64,000 nt of DNA from Antedon mediterranea (taxonomy: Eukaryota; Animalia; Echinodermata), in the NCBI RefSeq assembly GCF_964355755.1, contig NC_092679.1, positions 14,925,432-14,989,431 of the forward strand. The letters are read 5' to 3'. Shown here one piece after another: positions 61,801 through 64,000 of this stretch. Each line of letters opens with the position of its first letter. The stretch's first letter is position 1. Made by a program: the position numbers and the translations under genes. The notes below the pieces were generated by a model that was given only the letters and a program-made list of their open reading frames with translations, made no database searches and was not told the origin of the DNA.

Positions 61801-63022
61801 CACAAAGACAGATATAAAAATATAATATAAAAATATATGATAACAATAATTACTATAGTACAATCTTAAAATTACAGTTCATAACTATTTAAATTAAAAA
61901 TGAAGTTCATTACTAAATATCTTATTAATAATTGTTTTTATTGCAACAATTATTGTAGACAGTACTGTATTCATTATAGATCTAATTTACCTCTTGAGGT
62001 CATCATTAAAATTAACATATAAAGGTATCAGTTATACTTACTCTCATTGGTTAATGAAGGAACATAGGTAAACTGTAGTATATTACTGAGGATACCATCT
62101 GAGGATCTCTTAAGCTGTACACCAACTTTTACCTTTGAGGTAATTTTCGCATCGGAGTACGATGGACAATAAAAATGAATTGTCTGAAATAAATAAAAGA
62201 AATTAAATGATTTAAAAAGCACACAAGAGTATCAAAAATACCCACCACATATTGGCCCCCCAGCCCATTATTTGTGCTTTCATGGTTGCTGGATTTTACC
62301 CCTTACCCCAACTCCACAACTAAACATCCACACCAACCTGAAGGCCATTTTGTCCAATTTCATAAGCAATAACGTTTTTTTTTTATTTTTCACAATTTAT
62401 TTGATAATAATATTAATAATAATACAGTAAATAATAAAGAGTTTTGATAGAGTTTTTACTTTAGTGAATATGTACTTACATTGCTAATAGTTCGTTCAAT
62501 TTTGGCTTGTTTTTTCCATCCAGTCGTTCTCTCAATGAAATAAACTTCAATATCACCTAGAACTGTTGATATTTTTATATTGTAGTACACAAATAGTAAA
62601 TGTTTTACAGTGGTGTAACATAGTTGGGAAAAGGCCACTGGTTTAGCACTCCTAAGAGGCCCTCCAACGCTGGGGAGAGTTGCATTATTGGACTGCTCAT
62701 GCTCTGGCGCCCGGTCATAGGTTTAGCCAGTGAGCGGTCATAGCCGTTACACGGTTACACCACTTGTTGGACGTTAAGAATATTTTATTAGTTTAAGAAT
62801 TATTGACTGTTCTATATTATTCAGGCCTATATAGAGAGACTTGAGAGAGACTTTTTAATCACCATTCCCCCTTCCCTACCACAAACCATTTTGCTACAGT
62901 ACTATTCTATTTTTGGCCTGCTTACCTTCCTCCAATGAGTCTACTGACACTGTAGCAATAATAATTTCATCACCAGTAGCTTGGCCTGAAGTAACACTTA
63001 AACTCTTCAGTTCCAAATTCAT
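55847..63022 (-). CDS. Rel/NF-kB IPT dimerisation domain - ZU5 - UPA - death domain protein, paralogue B, ~904 aa
   Basis: Exons 63022-62926, 62556-62480, 62183-62042, 61418-60516, 58829-58582, 57745-57602, 57337-57191 and 56803-55847 (2715 nt, all GT-AG, phases consistent). The N-terminus MNLELKSLSVTSGQATGDEIII..GDIEVYF..GWKKQA..TIHFYCPSY..VKVGVQLKRSSDGILSNILQFTYVP aligns by eye with the RelA/NF-kB IPT domain. ZU5, UPA and DD follow. Confidence 0.85.
57774..57853. repeat. Tandem pair of ~37-bp palindromes
   Basis: GATATCTAGTAAAATT-GATA-AATTTTACTAGATATC repeated twice. Confidence 0.85.
59073..60096. mobile_element. ~1.0-kb non-autonomous DNA transposon with a 5-bp TSD
   Basis: ACATG flanks both ends (59068-59072 and 60097-60101). 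Imperfect TIRs CACGGGCGGTC / GTCTGCCCCTG. Subterminal GGGTGTTGCCC..GGGCAACACCC palindrome. Confidence 0.55.
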
Positions 63023-63726
63023 ATTTTATTACTATTTATCTATAAAATTAACACAAAAATGATCATGCTTGTAAAGTAAAAGTACTAAATATAACATCAG
63101 TATGTATATAAAAAATGAGTCAAGAAGATTATTTATTATATATAATATAATATATATTATAAATACTGTATTAAAGATTTTTTGTCCCCTGAAAAAACCC
63201 CATTTTTTGTTGTTGAATATGCAATTTTAATCTCACATAATAGATATTTACTTTGACAAAAAATTGGATAAAATAAACTGTAATTTAAAGCAAAAGGTAG
63301 TCACATTGGTTGCCAGCCAATGAGATCCTGGATCCGCTGATTGATTTTGACTGATTGATTTATTTTATTTCACCTTATTTATAGAGGGTGACCGTAAACA
63401 GTGTATGCTGACATTTATCTGACTGACATTTTTATACGGAAAAACTACTAAATGGCCTATTCAAATTCTGATTTGATTAATCTTGTTCTTCTTGTTTTTG
63501 GGGGACAATACAGTACATCTTTAAAGATAACAGAGAATAAAAAAAATAATTGGGACAAACCAACACACAAGACAAAAAAAGGTATTAAAAGTAATCTAAT
63601 ATTCATGATTACATAATAAAACAATACAAAAATAATACAAAAGCCCATGGACCCCAAACTGATAATGAATTAATATTAATAAAGTTTGAATTAAAACACA
63701 TATTAGAAGGAATAGGAATTATTTAC

Positions 63727-63850
63727 CTTCCTCAAAAACAACAAATTTTAAAAGTGAAGTCAGATGTTGAAATAAAATAATAAAACACGAATTTACCCAT
63801 CCACCATTTTGAAAATGTAGCCTAATTTTTGTAAGCACTTCCGCGTTTAG
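63727..63850 (-). promoter_or_regulatory. Putative promoter and non-coding first exon of paralogue B
   Basis: ETS motif CGGAAGT (63837-63843) and YY1-like AAAATGGTGG. Donors AAG|GTAAAT at 63726 and TGG|GTAAAT at 63796. No RHD-like coding sequence visible. Confidence 0.5.
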
Positions 63851-64000
63851 GATTCTTCACCACAGACAGGATATTTGCACCCACTAACTGCGCAGCTATT
63901 TCCGACAGGTACACTTGGTTGGTTGGTAGCCCGCTTGGTAGGTAATATGCTACTCGAAATAACTTGTTTCACAGGCTAACTGTACTCTCCATTAACTTGA

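Noticed and set aside
63040-64000. Upstream RHD DNA-binding exons making paralogue B a full NF-kB
   Set aside because: In-frame stops precede the ATG at 63022 within its exon, and the upstream sequence looks like promoter or UTR. An alternative acceptor fed from outside the window cannot be fully excluded.

Overview
AT-rich eukaryotic (animal) genomic DNA with spliceosomal introns, probably an invertebrate deuterostome such as an echinoderm (inference from composition and repeat types). Gene models were assembled by hand from GT-AG sites and reading-frame phase. They are: the 5' end of an unidentified minus-strand gene (~6.1-7.6 kb); Arpin (-, 8984-11578), head-to-head with a small prolyl-4-hydroxylase-like 2OG-Fe(II) oxygenase (+, 12153-15030); kynurenine 3-monooxygenase (-, 13 exons, 17416-31151); and two tandem ZU5-UPA-death-domain paralogues (-, 34928-37611 and 55847-63022). 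The second paralogue is the highlight. It starts with an NF-kB/Rel-type IPT dimerisation domain that has no DNA-binding RHD-N, followed by a basic NLS, an IkB-like DSGYDS phosphodegron, ZU5 with an HFT autoproteolysis-like motif, UPA, a second DSGHAS motif and a death domain. Its neighbour lacks the IPT, degron and catalytic His, has a kB site at its putative promoter and a fossil second death domain in its 3' UTR. Between the paralogues are a three-level nested insertion (L2 LINE < hAT-like element < tandem trimer of a Helentron-type element) and a ~3.35 kb inverted repeat. Hammerhead-like motifs, MITEs, SINEs and minisatellites are scattered through the window.
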